Below are positions 49,673-63,787 of a stretch of DNA of 64,000 nt, piece by piece. Numbering within the stretch: position 1 is the stretch's first letter; every line of letters starts with the position of its first letter. Origin of the DNA: Octopus bimaculoides. Lineage: Eukaryota. Under the pieces are notes generated by a model, which saw only the letters and a list, made by a program, of their open reading frames with translations, did not search any database and was not told the DNA's origin. The position numbers and the translations under genes are program-made. Location of the stretch: the NCBI RefSeq assembly GCF_001194135.2, contig NC_068983.1, positions 73,410,233-73,474,232 on the forward strand, written 5' to 3'.

Positions 49673-50705
49673 NNNNNNNNNNNNNNNNNNNNNNNNNNNN
49701 NNNNNNNNNNNNNNNNNNNNNNNNNNNNNNNNNNNNNNNNNNNNNNNNNNNNNNNNNNNNNNNNNNNNNNNNNNNNNNNNNNNNNNNNNNNNNNNNNNNN
49801 NNNNNNNNNNNNNNNNNNNNNNNNNNNNNNNNNNNNNNNNNNNNNNNNNNNNNNNNNNNNNNNNNNNNNNNNNNNNNNNNNNNNNNNNNNNNNNNNNNNN
49901 NNNNNNNNNNNNNNNNNNNNNNNNNNNNNNNNNNNNNNNNNNNNNNNNNNNNNNNNNNNNNNNNNNNNNNNNNNNNNNNNNNNNNNNNNNNNNNNNNNNN
50001 NNNNNNNNNNNNNNNNNNNNNNNNNNNNNNNNNNNNNNNNNNNNNNNNNNNNNNNNNNNNNNNNNNNNNNNNNNNNNNNNNNNNNNNNNNNNNNNNNNNN
50101 NNNNNNNNNNNNNNNNNNNNNNNNNNNNNNNNNNNNNNNNNNNNNNNNNNNNNNNNNNNNNNNNNNNNNNNNNNNNNNNNNNNNNNNNNNNNNNNNNNNN
50201 NNNNNNNNNNNNNNNNNNNNNNNNNNNNNNNNNNNNNNNNNNNNNNNNNNNNNNNNNNNNNNNNNNNNNNNNNNNNNNNNNNNNNNNNNNNNNNNNNNNN
50301 NNNNNNNNNNNNNNNNNNNNNNNNNNNNNNNNNNNNNNNNNNNNNNNNNNNNNNNNNNNNNNNNNNNNNNNNNNNNNNNNNNNNNNNNNNNNNNNNNNNN
50401 NNNNNNNNNNNNNNNNNNNNNNNNNNNNNNNNNNNNNNNNNNNNNNNNNNNNNNNNNNNNNNNNNNNNNNNNNNNNNNNNNNNNNNNNNNNNNNNNNNNN
50501 NNNNNNNNNNNNNNNNNNNNNNNNNNNNNNNNNNNNNNNNNNNNNNNNNNNNNNNNNNNNNNNNNNNNNNNNNNNNNNNNNNNNNNNNNNNNNNNNNNNN
50601 NNNNNNNNNNNNNNNNNNNNNNNNNNNNNNNNNNNNNNNNNNNNNNNNNNNNNNNTATATATATATGCATATATACATATATATGTATATATATATACAT
50701 GCACG

Positions 50706-50739
<34 letters not shown>

Positions 50740-51404
50740 TGGTGTGACTGAGTGAAATAGAGAGAGATGTAATGAGTACAGGTTAGATTGATTGAGTGGG
50801 GAGAGAGAGATAGGGAGAGAGAGAGATAGGGAGAGAGAGAGAGATAGGGAGAGAGTGATATAGGGAGAGAGAGAGAGAGAGTAGAAGGTAGAGGAAAAGA
50901 TAGTAAGTGAGAGGAAATGATGTGGAATTGAGGAGCCCATCTTTAGATATAAATGGCTTTGTATCGGGAGAAATGCACCCATAGTTGCAGGTTGTTATTA
51001 TAGATTTGTACTTTATAGTTCCGAGCATGAAAGGGAAAAATCCACAAAACTGGAAACTCATTCGTTGTGGGGAAACGCTTGAATCCTTTGAGTGACAAAC
51101 CAGATAAAACAACAACAACAACGATAGCAACAGCAACAACAATAATATTAATAATAATAATAAATGCAAGTAAAACAACGACAAATAAAAATTACGAATA
51201 AATTATAGGAAAACAAGCAAAAAATAATCTAAAATAAAATGTCTGAGTAAAGCGATACGAAAATCGATGGTTATTAATGGCGACCTTGTTTAACTCTGTT
51301 AGAAATGAGGCAAGATGAAATGGAAGTAGCGGTGGTGGCGAGTTACTTTTATTGTGTTATCAGCCATTTCTTTTTTTAAATACTGTTTGATGTTGAATAA
51401 AATA

Positions 51405-51418
51405 GCGCCGCCTAGTGG
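51405..51418 (-). promoter_or_regulatory. CTCF-like binding motif
   Basis: Minus strand CCACTAGGCGGCGC versus the consensus CCASYAGRKGGCRS (one mismatch), in unique, non-repeat sequence. Confidence 0.4.
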
Positions 51419-52164
51419 TGGAGGCGTTGCGTTCTCTAGAACAATGAAAACTGATTCAATCCCAGCATTTGGACATTGAATTCTTTGACTTTGGTTTTCT
51501 TGTTTGCTTGGGTATGGTTAGTTCATTTGGGTGCTGTCTAATATTTCACCGATCCTATTAATCTGTTTTTCTTTCCTCTCCCACATAGTTTTACTTGAAC
51601 AAGAAGAAAAAAAATAATCAGCTAATAACTGTAATAAAGCAAACGATGAAACAACCAAACAAATATATAAATAAATAAAACTGCTTTTGGTCCTTTTAAT
51701 TGACGAATTTCTGCTAATTAATAGGGGTTGTCCAGTGTTAAGATGCTTTGATTGTATATTCCCAAAGAAACAAAAGCTATTATGCTTAAAGTCTAGTCGC
51801 AGTTGATAGCTAATTGCAGTAATTAGTGTAATAGGGATGATATGACACCATCAACTCATAATCATTCTACAAAGTTACTTCTAATGTCTGACACAATGTC
51901 TTGGTGTTTATAGAGGAGTGTGACAGGGTTTGTTGAACTTCCGTAGCTTCAGCTAGGGTGTTATTGATGTTGATGTAAGGAACTGACTATGACTGGTAAT
52001 TTTACATCTATACTTAAATACTTGACTGGTGTTTATTCTATCGACTCGAGAATGGGAGTGAACGGAAAACATAGAGCTAAGCGGGATTTTAACTCAGTAC
52101 GTATTAGAATCTCATAGTATTAAACACTGATGTTTATTTAGTCCGGTTATGAAAATCATCCTAA

Positions 52165-52530
52165 AGTACGCCCAGGCCTTCAACAGCCACTGCACCAAGA
52201 GGATACTCAGAATCCTTTGGCCGAAGAAAATCTGCACCATTGCCTTGTGGCATCAAACCTAACAGATCCCTGTTGACACAGAGATCAAACGAAATAATAT
52301 TGAACTGGATAATCCTTTCCAGATGGCTCTAACACATCGTCGTTAAGCTAACCTTTTGATAGAACCCTAAGAGCAAAAGAGAGGAAGCCCAAGGAACTAC
52401 TGACCACGTGACCTGGAGTTCGAAGTGAGAAGATCAGATTGGAGCTGGGGTAATTGAAGGGGAAGCCGCAAGACAAAGATGAGTGGAGGAAGATCATCGA
52501 TGACTTGTATCCCAATAGAATCTGATCATT
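52165..52530 (+). mobile_element. RTE-clade LINE 3' end relic
   Basis: QAFNSHCTKRILRILWP...QIPVDTEIKR...NPKSK-RGSPRN...QDKDEWRKIIDDLYP, typical of the RTE ORF C-terminus. Confidence 0.75.
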
Positions 52531-52790
52531 ATGTAATATACCGAGAGTTCGACGTAACAGCGGAGAATAAAGCATAAAAGCAAGTATCAAATATGTTCAT
52601 GACATTGAATATAATAACCTCGGCCTTGTTTGTAAAGACTGATAGATAGATCATTGAGAATCATCGTCTAGATATGATCAAGAAGAAGAACCAAAACCAC
52701 TCTACTACAATACACATTTTTATCTCTTCTGATGATAAAATAGCCCAAAACATAGCCCAGCTGAATGAGTTTACTTAAAAGGTCTCTTTA

Positions 52791-52892
52791 TTTCCGGAGA
52801 ACTTTAAAATGCCAAAGATGTATTTTTCCGGAGAACTTAAAAATGCCAAAGATGTATTTTTCCGGAGAACTTAAAAATGCCAAAGATGTATT
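52791..52892 (+). repeat. 34-bp minisatellite, 3 copies
   Basis: TTTCCGGAGAACTTAAAAATGCCAAAGATGTATT x3, with one substitution in the first copy. Confidence 0.95.
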
Positions 52893-55558
52893 TTTGCTTG
52901 AAGAGTGTTGTAGGTTTGTGACTTTATCTATATGAATAGTTTTTCAGATAGAGTTTGGTGCAGGAACTTTCCTACCCAACCTTTTTATATGTTTATATGT
53001 TTTTGTTGTTTGGTACATCATTCATTAAATCGCGGTTGTTCTTACGAATGAAAGTAAACTTAATGAGGTCGGTTTGAGTTTGTGCATTTGGCTGTTAATT
53101 TTGAATTTGTCTTTGTTTCTGTTCTTTTTTTATGGTTGTATTTGTGAGTTTTGCTTATGATTTGTTACTGTAGTTATAAAGGTGGTGGTGAGAGATTAGT
53201 CGATGCTTAAGCCTGGGATCACATTTCACTGTTTCTACGTTCTGACAATGGCCTCTTGTGACGGGTTCGTTTCCACCTCATCCCTTGAGCTGAGTCAGAA
53301 GGAAATGATGTGTGTGTGTATGTGTGTGTAAGTTTGCATGTGTGTGTTTTCATACTTGATGGTTTTGTAGATGAAGGAGAGCTTTTGGTTGGTGGAGCCG
53401 GAACTGTTGTTTTGGGTGCCTGTTTCTGCTGCTTGCTGATGTTGTTGATGTGTGAGAGTCTATGTTGCTGCTATTGTGGTTGCTACAGCCATTATTGTTG
53501 TTGTTATTGCTATTGCTTTTGCTTCTTGATGATTTTGTTGTTGCTGCTCGTAGTCTTGTAGTGGTTATTTCTGCAGTGGTTAAGTTGGAAGCGGCTCTGA
53601 CTTTCGTTCTGTTACTCTCTAGTGTGAGAAGATGACACTCATGTCGTTGATGATATCGCATTTGTGGAATCTAGGCCTTCTAACCTCTACCATAGCATAC
53701 TGTTGGATTTCGTTTAGGAAGGGCATTAAGTCCAGAATCTTCTCTAGGTTTTCTGATTGTATCTGGATCAAGGATTCTACTCCAGTTCTTGACCAGTTGG
53801 GTTTATCAGGCAAATTTTATTTTAATGTCCAGGAACGTGTTCAATCCTTCTAGGAATATGCATGTCACCTACCGTAGGCGTTCAATCATTCAATCAAAGC
53901 AGCACATCCAAAATCTTCACTTTCATCACTTGCCAGCTCATGTATGTGAGTATGAAAGCAAAATTCTTATTCCTCCATGGGACACTGGAATGCCTCTGTG
54001 CAAGAGATTTTGAACGAATTTTATACTTTCCCACTCATGTTATCTGGCTTGGGCGACGAAGTCGATATTAGTCCATATTCCTCTCAGGCACTTTCCCCAC
54101 AAGGGCATCTGTGGTCTTTTCTACTCGGCAGCTCTTAACCGACTCACAACTGTATAACGACTGTTCTTCTATCCGTTTTCTCCAGGAGCTAAGCTAACAC
54201 TGCCAATGGAGTTCTCCTGTCACCTCTCTGGACTTCTCACGTCTCTTTGTTCCTCCTTCTGTGAGACACGTTCAATCGATTTTTTCAGCTTCTACAAAGG
54301 AACTGGCCTTTTCAGTGCTCTTGCTGTTGTTTATGCTGCTACTACTACTACTACTACTACTACTACTGCTTCTGTTGTTATTGGTAATTTCGGCAACCAC
54401 GGTAAAAGTGGTAGAGATGGAAGAAATGGAAAAACCAAAAAAAAAAAACCCAGTTATATTAGGTGGTGGAGCTGAAGGTGTTCCTCGTCGACAGAATGGT
54501 CGTGGAAGAAGTTTTCAGATGTTGCAACAGAAAAGAAAATACTGGTGTCCGTAACAGTACTGTTCTTCCCTCTCTTCACATTTTTGTCGTCACTCTCGTC
54601 ACCGTCATCGTTGTTGTTGTCGTCATCACTGTTGTTGTTCTTGTTGCTGTCACTGTTGTTTTCTCGTCGGAGAAATTTGAGGTTTTATGATAGCTTCTCA
54701 ACCGTAAATTCTTACTTTAATGGGTTACAAATAAACGATCACAATGAAGAAAATTGAATTCAGGTACTGAAAAGTAATATTTGAATATATAACAAAGTAA
54801 AGTAAGAACTCTTTTCTTATTCAAAATGATGCGGTTTCAGCCTATAGTAAATATTACAAAGCGACTAAGTGGTTTGGTATCAGACAAAGATAAGTTACTA
54901 AAATTCTGAGTTAGAATATAGGAAGAGGAAACCACAATAGAAACTAATAAATGAGGAAGACTTTAAAAATAATGGAAACTATATTCAGAAACATTGTGAA
55001 TAGATTAGTTTGCACTGCCGATTGATGGATTCAAAATGATTAGAAGAAATTGTTATGCATTACTTGGATACTTCTAATCGTTGCAATGTATTAAAGTCGT
55101 TTTAAAATACATGCTAGATCGAATGCACAACACTGCATCGTGTCGCCTTGCTTCTCATCTCTAAAAGCACGAATGGGGAAAACAAAACACATTGCAGACC
55201 AGACAATAACTTTAAAAATTCCTTCAGCATTTTCGAGAGAATGCTGTCGACGCCACACCGGGCCTATGCTGATCCAGTACACGATGATATGCGGGATTGG
55301 AGCCAAATAGGGGCAAAGCCGTCAGGACTTGCTATAACATCAAATCACAAATCACTATCGAAACCTGGCTATAGTCTTTGATGTCCAATTCAATTTCCAA
55401 TAAATTAAAATTTTGTAGTTATCTTCCTTACCTCTTTTAAGAATTATTATCAAAGTTAAAGATTTTTCTCTTCTTTATGAGTGCAATATAAATTGATTAA
55501 CTTTTGTTCACCTCATTAAGTCTGTCAGCCCCCACTCAATTATAATCTTCCAAGTCTA

Positions 55559-55593
<35 letters not shown>

Positions 55594-55648
55594 CATACAT
55601 GCGTACAAACATACGTACATACATATATATATGTGCGTGTGCATATGC

Positions 55649-55695
<47 letters not shown>

Positions 55696-56047
55696 TCCTG
55701 TTTATTTTTATGTTCTTTATAAAGAACAATAATTTTATATTTTACATGCTAAAGGATTACTTTTGGAGAGTATATATTTATACTTTTACAAGAAAAGTGG
55801 TGACAGTGTGTGTGTATGTGTGTATGTATGTGTGTGTGTGCGCAAGATGTGTGTGTGTGTATGTAAAATGGCACAAATAGAATGAGGGGAACAAGAGACG
55901 GATAGATGTACAACGTGTGTGGTTACAGGGGGCAGACAAATATTCAAAAGGTGGTGGACAAAATATAAACACACACACACATTAGCATAAAATTTTGTGC
56001 ACAGTGAATTGTACGCCGATATGCATATACATACGTTCGTATATACA

Positions 56048-56123
<76 letters not shown>

Positions 56124-56624
56124 TAGATAGATAGATAGATAGACAAACATACACATATAATTATCAAGTGCCTAACATGCAACCAGTATTTAGAACTTCA
56201 TTCCCATTCTTATGCAGAATATATGTTAAAGTCCAAGTTAAGTCCTTTTTTCTCCATAGTTATAAAGATCACATTGCACATACAGTAAAATGAAGACAGG
56301 AAACTTGTTCAGAAAATATTTAGCTATGTCATCTTACGCGTAACTCATTAACAATAATGTCCATTATATAAAGAAAACTTTTGTAAGCATATTACCTTAT
56401 CGCATTTTCAGAGATTGTGTAGCAAACACTAATAACCTCTAAGATCTATAATGAACACCGGTCTGTGTCAGAGTATCAAAGACGATAACTGGTGTGTGAA
56501 AATGAGTCATGAAAAGAATAGAAAATCTTTCTTTATCAGAGAAGTATTTTTTCTCTCCACGTATCTATGTAAATGAGTTGACAAATTGGTGGATATCAGA
56601 TTTCAAACTCCCTTCAGCATAGTC

Positions 56625-56655
<31 letters not shown>

Positions 56656-56789
56656 CGCACATACACACACACACTCTCTCTCGCATACGCACACACACAC
56701 ACACATGTATATGAATATATGTATGCAGCTATGTATGTATGTATGTATGCATGTATCGAACTCTATGATATTGCAGAAAATGGCGTTCA

Positions 56790-56975
56790 GTGGTCCATCG
56801 ATCTGTTAAAAATAGCAGCTAAATCTGCTTCAAATTTAAGCTACAAAAGAAAAAAAAAACATTGGATAATGTATTAGACGCAAAATATGTGGATTAAAGA
56901 ACAGGGTGTTCTTGGATGGAACGTTTTCTCATCGTAGGTCTTCTTGGCCGTGGTTGACATAGAACTAAACAATAG
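56790..56975. repeat. Family D copy
   Basis: GGTCCATCGATCTGTTAAAAATAGCAGCTAAATC...CATTGGATAATGTA...ACTAAACAATA. Confidence 0.55.
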
Positions 56976-57169
56976 CGAAGTAACAACAGTAATAACAACA
57001 AACAATAGGCGTCACAACTGCAGCAAGAATACTACGAGCATACGTAACCACAACAACAGCCGACCGCCACAACAGCAATATTTGCAACAAGACCAACAGT
57101 AGCAGCAAGAGCAATGACAACAGCTACAATAACAATATGAATGTAACCAACGAGGCAACCTCTGTGCGG

Positions 57170-57335
57170 CTGCGCAACCTGCTCAAATCTCCTCCACAGT
57201 ACATTCGAGCTTTCTTAAAAAGTGAGCGACAAATATAAATGTGTGATGATTGATGTACAATGAGAACTAATTATCAAGGCTGGAACTCTTTTGAACATAG
57301 ATCTGCTCAATCAGAACCGGCTCGTGTCTAAAGAA
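57170..57335. repeat. Family D copy (diverged)
   Basis: AACCTGCTCAAATCTCC...GGCTGGAACTCTTTTGAACATAGATCTGCTCAATCAG. Confidence 0.45.
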
Positions 57336-59249
57336 TAATTTACAAACTCCAACACTCTTAAGGGAAAAGTACATTCAGCAGCAGCATGATTCGTCCCATC
57401 AGAGTTATCTCTCTACTAACAGTGATTTATTCACACATATATGGTAATATATTTTACTTGATTCTAATTTAGCATTGTTTGAACAGCACAAATATATCTA
57501 CGTATTGTTACCGATCATGATCAGGCGTAGTTCATAGCTTTTAGTATACGTTGTCTTATCTCTTCCAAATGGTTCTGACATCTTGTAGGATATAGTAAGG
57601 TCCATAAAATAAGTACTTTAAAGCTAAGTAGTCCAAGAATAATGCCCCAGAATTGTCACCGTTTTTATCAAAAATCTCTTACTTCGTTGTATTCTCCCAC
57701 CACGGACACTGGTCAACAGTTGTGTGTATCCGAAACAATTTGTGGAAATTTTTAAAAGTTTCATCCAATTCTTCCAAATCTTTCTGTTAAGAATGTATTG
57801 AAACCATTTGTGGGGAATTTTCGTGAAAATGCGCAAGCAGTTCTACGACGATATGTCTTCGACACTCTGACATGAGAATGACAGCTCAGCCTCACTTCCG
57901 GTTGACCATGGAATAAAAAAGCTGTGCACTCGTTCCAAAGCTGTTTGCGTTTCTTCTGGGTAACGTCTTTCAAAATAAGTCGAGCGAGTGGAGTGTCCAT
58001 CAATACAAGAGTAATTTCAGCCAATCAGTAAGTGTGGAAAAGACTGGTTTTGCTTCAAGCCGACTCTGTAGTGCTGGAATATGAGTCTCCAAATTCCTGA
58101 TCGTGAATCAGCCTGGCCATAGCTGATTTCTTCTTTAAAGATATTTTATTTATTGACCACGAATAGGTAAAAGAAAATATTGATTTCAGTGGGATTTGAA
58201 CTAAGAACTCTGTCAAATCACTGTTTTTCATCTGCATTTAGTAAATTTTTATTTCGAAGTACTTTTTTAGCCTTTCTTGACATTAATTTAATTATTTTTC
58301 TTTTAATGACGTTTCGAGTTTCAATAGATTAAAACATTATTACTCATTGCGTTAAGTATGAAAGCCCCCACTTAACTATAACTGTCTTTTGCAGAAGGTA
58401 TCACTGGGAAATTTTCCATAGGAGATCAAACTTAGTCTTTGGAAACTAAACACTCGACATACTTAATTTAGAAACTTAATCTGCTTAAAATACAATTTTC
58501 CGAGTATGTAGACGACAACATCTTTTGTTTCAGTAATTAACTATAGGAGAATAGTTTAACCATAAAGACAAGGGGCATTGGTGACGCAGAGTAGAAGGTC
58601 AGTCAAACTATGTTACTTGATCAAACTGACATGTTGGACGTCTGATAAAATGTTTATTTCAGGCTGATTGACCGCTTGTGGATTGGTCTGATATATTCAA
58701 TAGTCTGCTTTAGTTCTGGCCAATGCTGACCAGGGTTGATCCTGGCTAATCAGAATTGATCAGAGCAACAACCACAACAATACCATATTAAAAGCTTTCA
58801 GTGTTGACTATTTTTACCACATAAAATATTTCGTTCATTGCCGGAAGTAACGGAACGACGTTCTTGAGCTCTGCAGGTAGTGTCAGACTAATGAAGCCAA
58901 TGAAGTTAATGTTTAATGCCTCTCTGGTTAATGTTGCCACAGAAGTAGATATAAAGGAGATGTAAAGAATTAATTGGGTAAGTGTTCTGTACAGAGTTTG
59001 AAGGTGAGACAATAGAAATGACAGCAGCAAAAGAAATGAGTAAATTAGACAGGACTGGGAGTAAATTGGTATGTAGTATGGTAATTCAGAGAAGCAAAAG
59101 CTTTCATAGTAACAGTAGAAAATGTAGAGAGGCAGTAGAATATCTGAGGGTTAATAGAACATGATTAACGCTTTATTTTACTGAACTCTCAGTTGTCATT
59201 CACGACAGAAGAATCCATCACATATGTGTGTGCGTGCGTGTGTGCATGC

Positions 59250-59369
<120 letters not shown>

Positions 59370-59407
59370 TCAGTTATGAATCAGAAGCAGCGCTAATGCT
59401 GTAAACT

Positions 59408-59663
59408 TTATCGATTGTACATACTCAATGTATGTGTTTTGATTGTTCGCTGGGGCGCCGCGGAATCGCGCGGTGGCGATGACTCCTTCAAAGAATTGGG
59501 TGTTAAAACACCTGAAAGTCACAGACAGGCGAGACAACTTGCCCCTAATCCCAAAGTTATCTTGCCTGTCTATAACTTTCAGGTGTTTTAACGTCCAGTG
59601 CTTTGAAGAAATCATCCCCATCACGCTAAACCGCAGCGTACATTGAGTACGTGTGGTCGATAA
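59408..59663. repeat. ~255-bp foldback made of two inverted family E 5' segments
   Basis: The arms share TTATCGA, TACTCAATGTA, CTTCAAAG and TTAAAACACCTGAAAGT..AGACAGGC.AGA.AACT; central loop about 15 nt. Confidence 0.8.
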
Positions 59664-60003
59664 TGTGTGTGTGTAGGTGTTTGTGTGCATTTGTGTATGC
59701 ATGTATATAGTGTATAGTTCCGTTATTGGTGGCATTGATGAAATAATATTTCATCTAGTGAGATACAAATATACAGGATTTAAATGCGAACTACTATAAG
59801 TTTCATACTCTGATAGTACAATAGTCGAACGAGCTCCTTAAAGACTGCAAGATAGTACACGACACTCTATACAAACTCCTCTGATTATTATACTATCAGA
59901 GTGTGTAATTTATAGTTGCTCACATATAAAATCGTGCATATATATATACATATACATATATATATATATATATANNNNNNNNNNTATATATATATATATA
60001 TAT

Positions 60004-60034
<31 letters not shown>

Positions 60035-60344
60035 CACGCATACACACACACACACACGCACACACACACACACATATTTCCTGAAAGTTTTCATTAAAAT
60101 TTCATTGCAAGTTTTATTCACTTGTACTTACATCCTATACTGAAGTAAACCACGCCCCACCAGATTATTGTCACGAGTAACCAGTGAGAAACACTTGGTA
60201 AGGTAATATTTGTCAGTAGAAGAGTGACTCGTTACCTGGTCCTGAGACCTCAACTCGGTGGGCATATCTATGTTACTTTGAAATATTTACTTACTGTTTG
60301 GTACAGGTGAACGTTGGTAGTTTAGTATCGTGATGACAAACACT

Positions 60345-60780
60345 CTTTACTCTTTACTCTTTTACTCTTTTACTTGTTTCAGTCATTTGACTGCGGCCAT
60401 GCTGGAGCACCGCCTTTAGTCGAGCAAATCGACCCCAGGACTTATTCTTTGTAAGCCTAGTACTTATTCTATCGGTCTCTTTTTGCCGAACCGCTATGTT
60501 ACGGGGACGTAAACACACCAGCATCGGTTGTCAAGCGATGGTGGGGGGACAAACACAGATACACAAACACAGACACACAAACACACACACACGCACACAT
60601 ATATATATACATATATACGACGGGCTTCTTTCAGTTTGCGTTCACCAAATCCACTCACAAGGCTTTGGTCGGCCCTAGGCTATAGTAGAAGACACTTGCC
60701 CAAGGTGCCACGCAGTGGGACTGAACCCGGAAGCATGTGGCTGGTAAGCAAGCTACTTACCACACAGCCACTCCTGCGCC
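60345..60780 (-). mobile_element. SINE family B, full-length young copy
   Basis: Head GGCGCAGGAGTGGCTGTGTGGTAAG, B-box GGTTCAGTCCC and (AAAGAGT)n tail on the minus strand. Confidence 0.9.
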
Positions 60781-61394
60781 ACTGGTCCAATTAGTCCAAC
60801 ATTCAGTCAATCTTTAGTCGCAACGGTATATGCAAATATGAGAAAAACTCAAGTGAATTAAATCTGAAGATGAATTTTGTCAAAATAAATAAATAAATAA
60901 ATAAATTTCAAACCTCTAAAGCGAACCGAAAAATTTAGTATAATGTTATAAATACAATAAAGAGAAGAGTAAAACTTCTAAGAAAAATATCCCAATGACT
61001 GTGAAATATTTGGAAAGTAGATCACAAGGTTCATAGACCAATTAATATTTCAAATGATCTATCCAACCTTTTAACATCTAAAAATAACGCAAAAATTCTA
61101 ATTAGAAATTAGGAGAAAATATTTCAATAATTATCAATGGCCCATTTCTTATGTTTAAGTTGCTTTCTTCTGCCCTCACTATTTGAAAAAAAACAGAAAA
61201 AAAAAAGAAAGAAAGAAAAAAAAAGAAAAAGATCTTTTCATTTCTGTTATCTAATTGTGACAGTGTACCAAAAGACACCAACTTTTCAGATGTAAAGTCA
61301 TTCAAGTGATCCAACGAATGGCTGTTTAATCACTGAAATGAAACATATTTTACGAAAACTTCAGAGAATCGATAAACGACCTGAACTCCTTTCT

Positions 61395-61437
<43 letters not shown>

Positions 61438-62568
61438 CTCCCTCTCCCTCTCCGTCTCTTTCTCTCCGTCTCTCGCTCTCTCTCTCACACATACAACACT
61501 ATGTATATATTTAAATGCGTGTGTGTGTATGTATTTATGCATGTATGCATCTCTGTATGTTTATGTATGCATGTTACTGTATGTTTATGTATGTATATAT
61601 ATGCATGTATATTTTTGACATGATGTGTACACAATACGCGAGTGAGCTGTATGAGTGAATGTAAGAAATGTATGCCTGAAATTATATATATACATACTTA
61701 CATATATGTGTGTGAAAGTGTGTGTGAGTGACGGTATATATGCATATATGTGTGCGTGTATGAATGTATATGTAAGCACATACAAACTTTCATGTACATC
61801 TACACACGTACATAAGCAAACATATACTACGTATACACACTCTCTCTCTCTTCCTCTCCTTGTCTCTATCTCTATCTATCTTACTCACGCGCGCACACGC
61901 ACACACACACTCACGCGCGTTATGTTTTGCATAAGTAATTGTATGGCTATAAGAAGAAAAAAACAACACACACACATATATACATAAACACACAAAAATA
62001 ATCAAAGACAACGAAAATAAAATAACAAAAGACGACAAAAATACACCACGGAACTACAAACTCGTCTACTCCATTGTAGGTAGCGTTTGATATCGTCTGC
62101 TAAATCGTTTGCTAAGTTAAATTAAGATTTATTTATTAAATTTGTCTGGAGATTACCTTTGAAGAGAAATCTTCACATATTTTTTTCGAACAAAAGAGAT
62201 TCCAGCTAACAATGGTATTTTTATCCATTTTCCATCAACTCATAAAGTTTAACCACGCTTCGTTACAGATTAGTTGTGTGTTGAATGTCGAATGATGAAT
62301 ATATGTAGTTATGGATGTAGTAATTATATATTTATGTATGTTTATAAATGTATGTTATTGTGTTTCCATTTCTCTTGCTCTCTATCTCCCTCTCTCTCTT
62401 TATATATATATATATATATATATATATNNNNNNNNNNNNNNNNNNNNNNNNNNNNNNNNNNNNNNNNNNNNNNNNNNNNNNNNNNNNNNNNNNNNNNNNN
62501 NNNNNNNNNNNNNNNNNNNNNNNNNNNNNNNNNNNNNNNNNNNNNNNNNNNNNNNNNNNNNNNNNNNN

Positions 62569-62611
<43 letters not shown>

Positions 62612-62699
62612 GCATATATGTTTGTATGTATTTGGTTGTTTGTCAATCTATACGTATGCACTATATTTGTAGATCTTATATTTAAACTTGTATTACGAA

Positions 62700-63400
62700 T
62701 GTATTAAGTACGTACATACGTATATACGTATGTATGTATGTATGTATGTATGTATGTATTATGTATGTATGTATGTATAGATGTATGTTCTCTTTTTCTT
62801 TTTAATTTAAAATAAATTTTGATCGGCCAGCTGCTTGGTAGCAAGGTTGTGAAGGAAAGCATCCTGTTTTGTTCATCTTCCTTTAAATTTTAAGAGGGTC
62901 TTGCAGATTTTTATAGTCCCAGATATCATGATAATTTGTCCCTAAGAACCCAAGTTCAGTCATACTTTGCTCCAGACGGGTTGGTTAAAAATAAATATCA
63001 AACTGAAAGTGTATCTTGGGTACTGGACTTGCAATGGTCCATAGATGTCCTGTTTCTCTTTGTGTGTATGTATGTGCGCGCGCGCGCGTATGTATGTATG
63101 CATGTATCTATGTATGCATGTATGTATATATGTATGTGTGCATGTATGCATGGATGCATGCATGTATGCATGTATATATGTATGCATGCATGCATCATGT
63201 ATGTATGTATGTATGTATGGAAGGATGGATTGTATATGCATGTATGCATTTGTGTATTTATGTATGTATATATACATATATCTGTGTATTTGCATGTATG
63301 GATGTTATGTATGGATGTTATGTATGGATGTTATGTTTAAATATATGTATATATGTATATATATGTATATATGTATGTACGTGCGTATGTACGCATGGAC
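62700..63400. repeat. (TATG)n/(TGCA)-rich compound microsatellite region
   Basis: Directly visible. Confidence 0.9.
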
Positions 63401-63787
63401 GGACGGTCGGACGGAGAGTTGGATGGATTTTCAAGTTTTCATATAAACCTTCGTTACACAGCACAGTGCGCCAACGAAAATCTTTACGAATAAGAATACC
63501 CTGGATACAAAGCCTCTAAGTTTTTGCATTAGTTTACCACATAGATTCTCTTTTCCATTTTAGACGAAGTTTTCACATCATCACTTGGGCATGTAACCGC
63601 TTCGGTGACTTCTGTTTCCTGTCCTACAGAACATACATAGGCTCCCTGCATTTGCATGGGTTTGCTGTCTCCACTGAAATATTCAATTACTGCTCCCTAG
63701 TATTCATTATCTTTAAACGTAGGATATGTTTTGGTCCGGGTGTGTAATTTGTATGTTAGTCTGGACAGAACGTCTCCCAGATAACAT

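Noticed and set aside
52718-52752. CTGATGA...CCCAAAAC as a hammerhead
   Set aside because: Stem II does not pair and GAAA is absent.
54206-54757. ORFs with poly-Thr, poly-Leu or poly-Val stretches
   Set aside because: They derive from (CTA)n and (GTT/GTC)n trinucleotide tracts, with no domain motifs or splice evidence.
55091-55381. Short overlapping ORFs in a GC-richer patch
   Set aside because: No recognisable motif on either strand; cannot be supported as coding.
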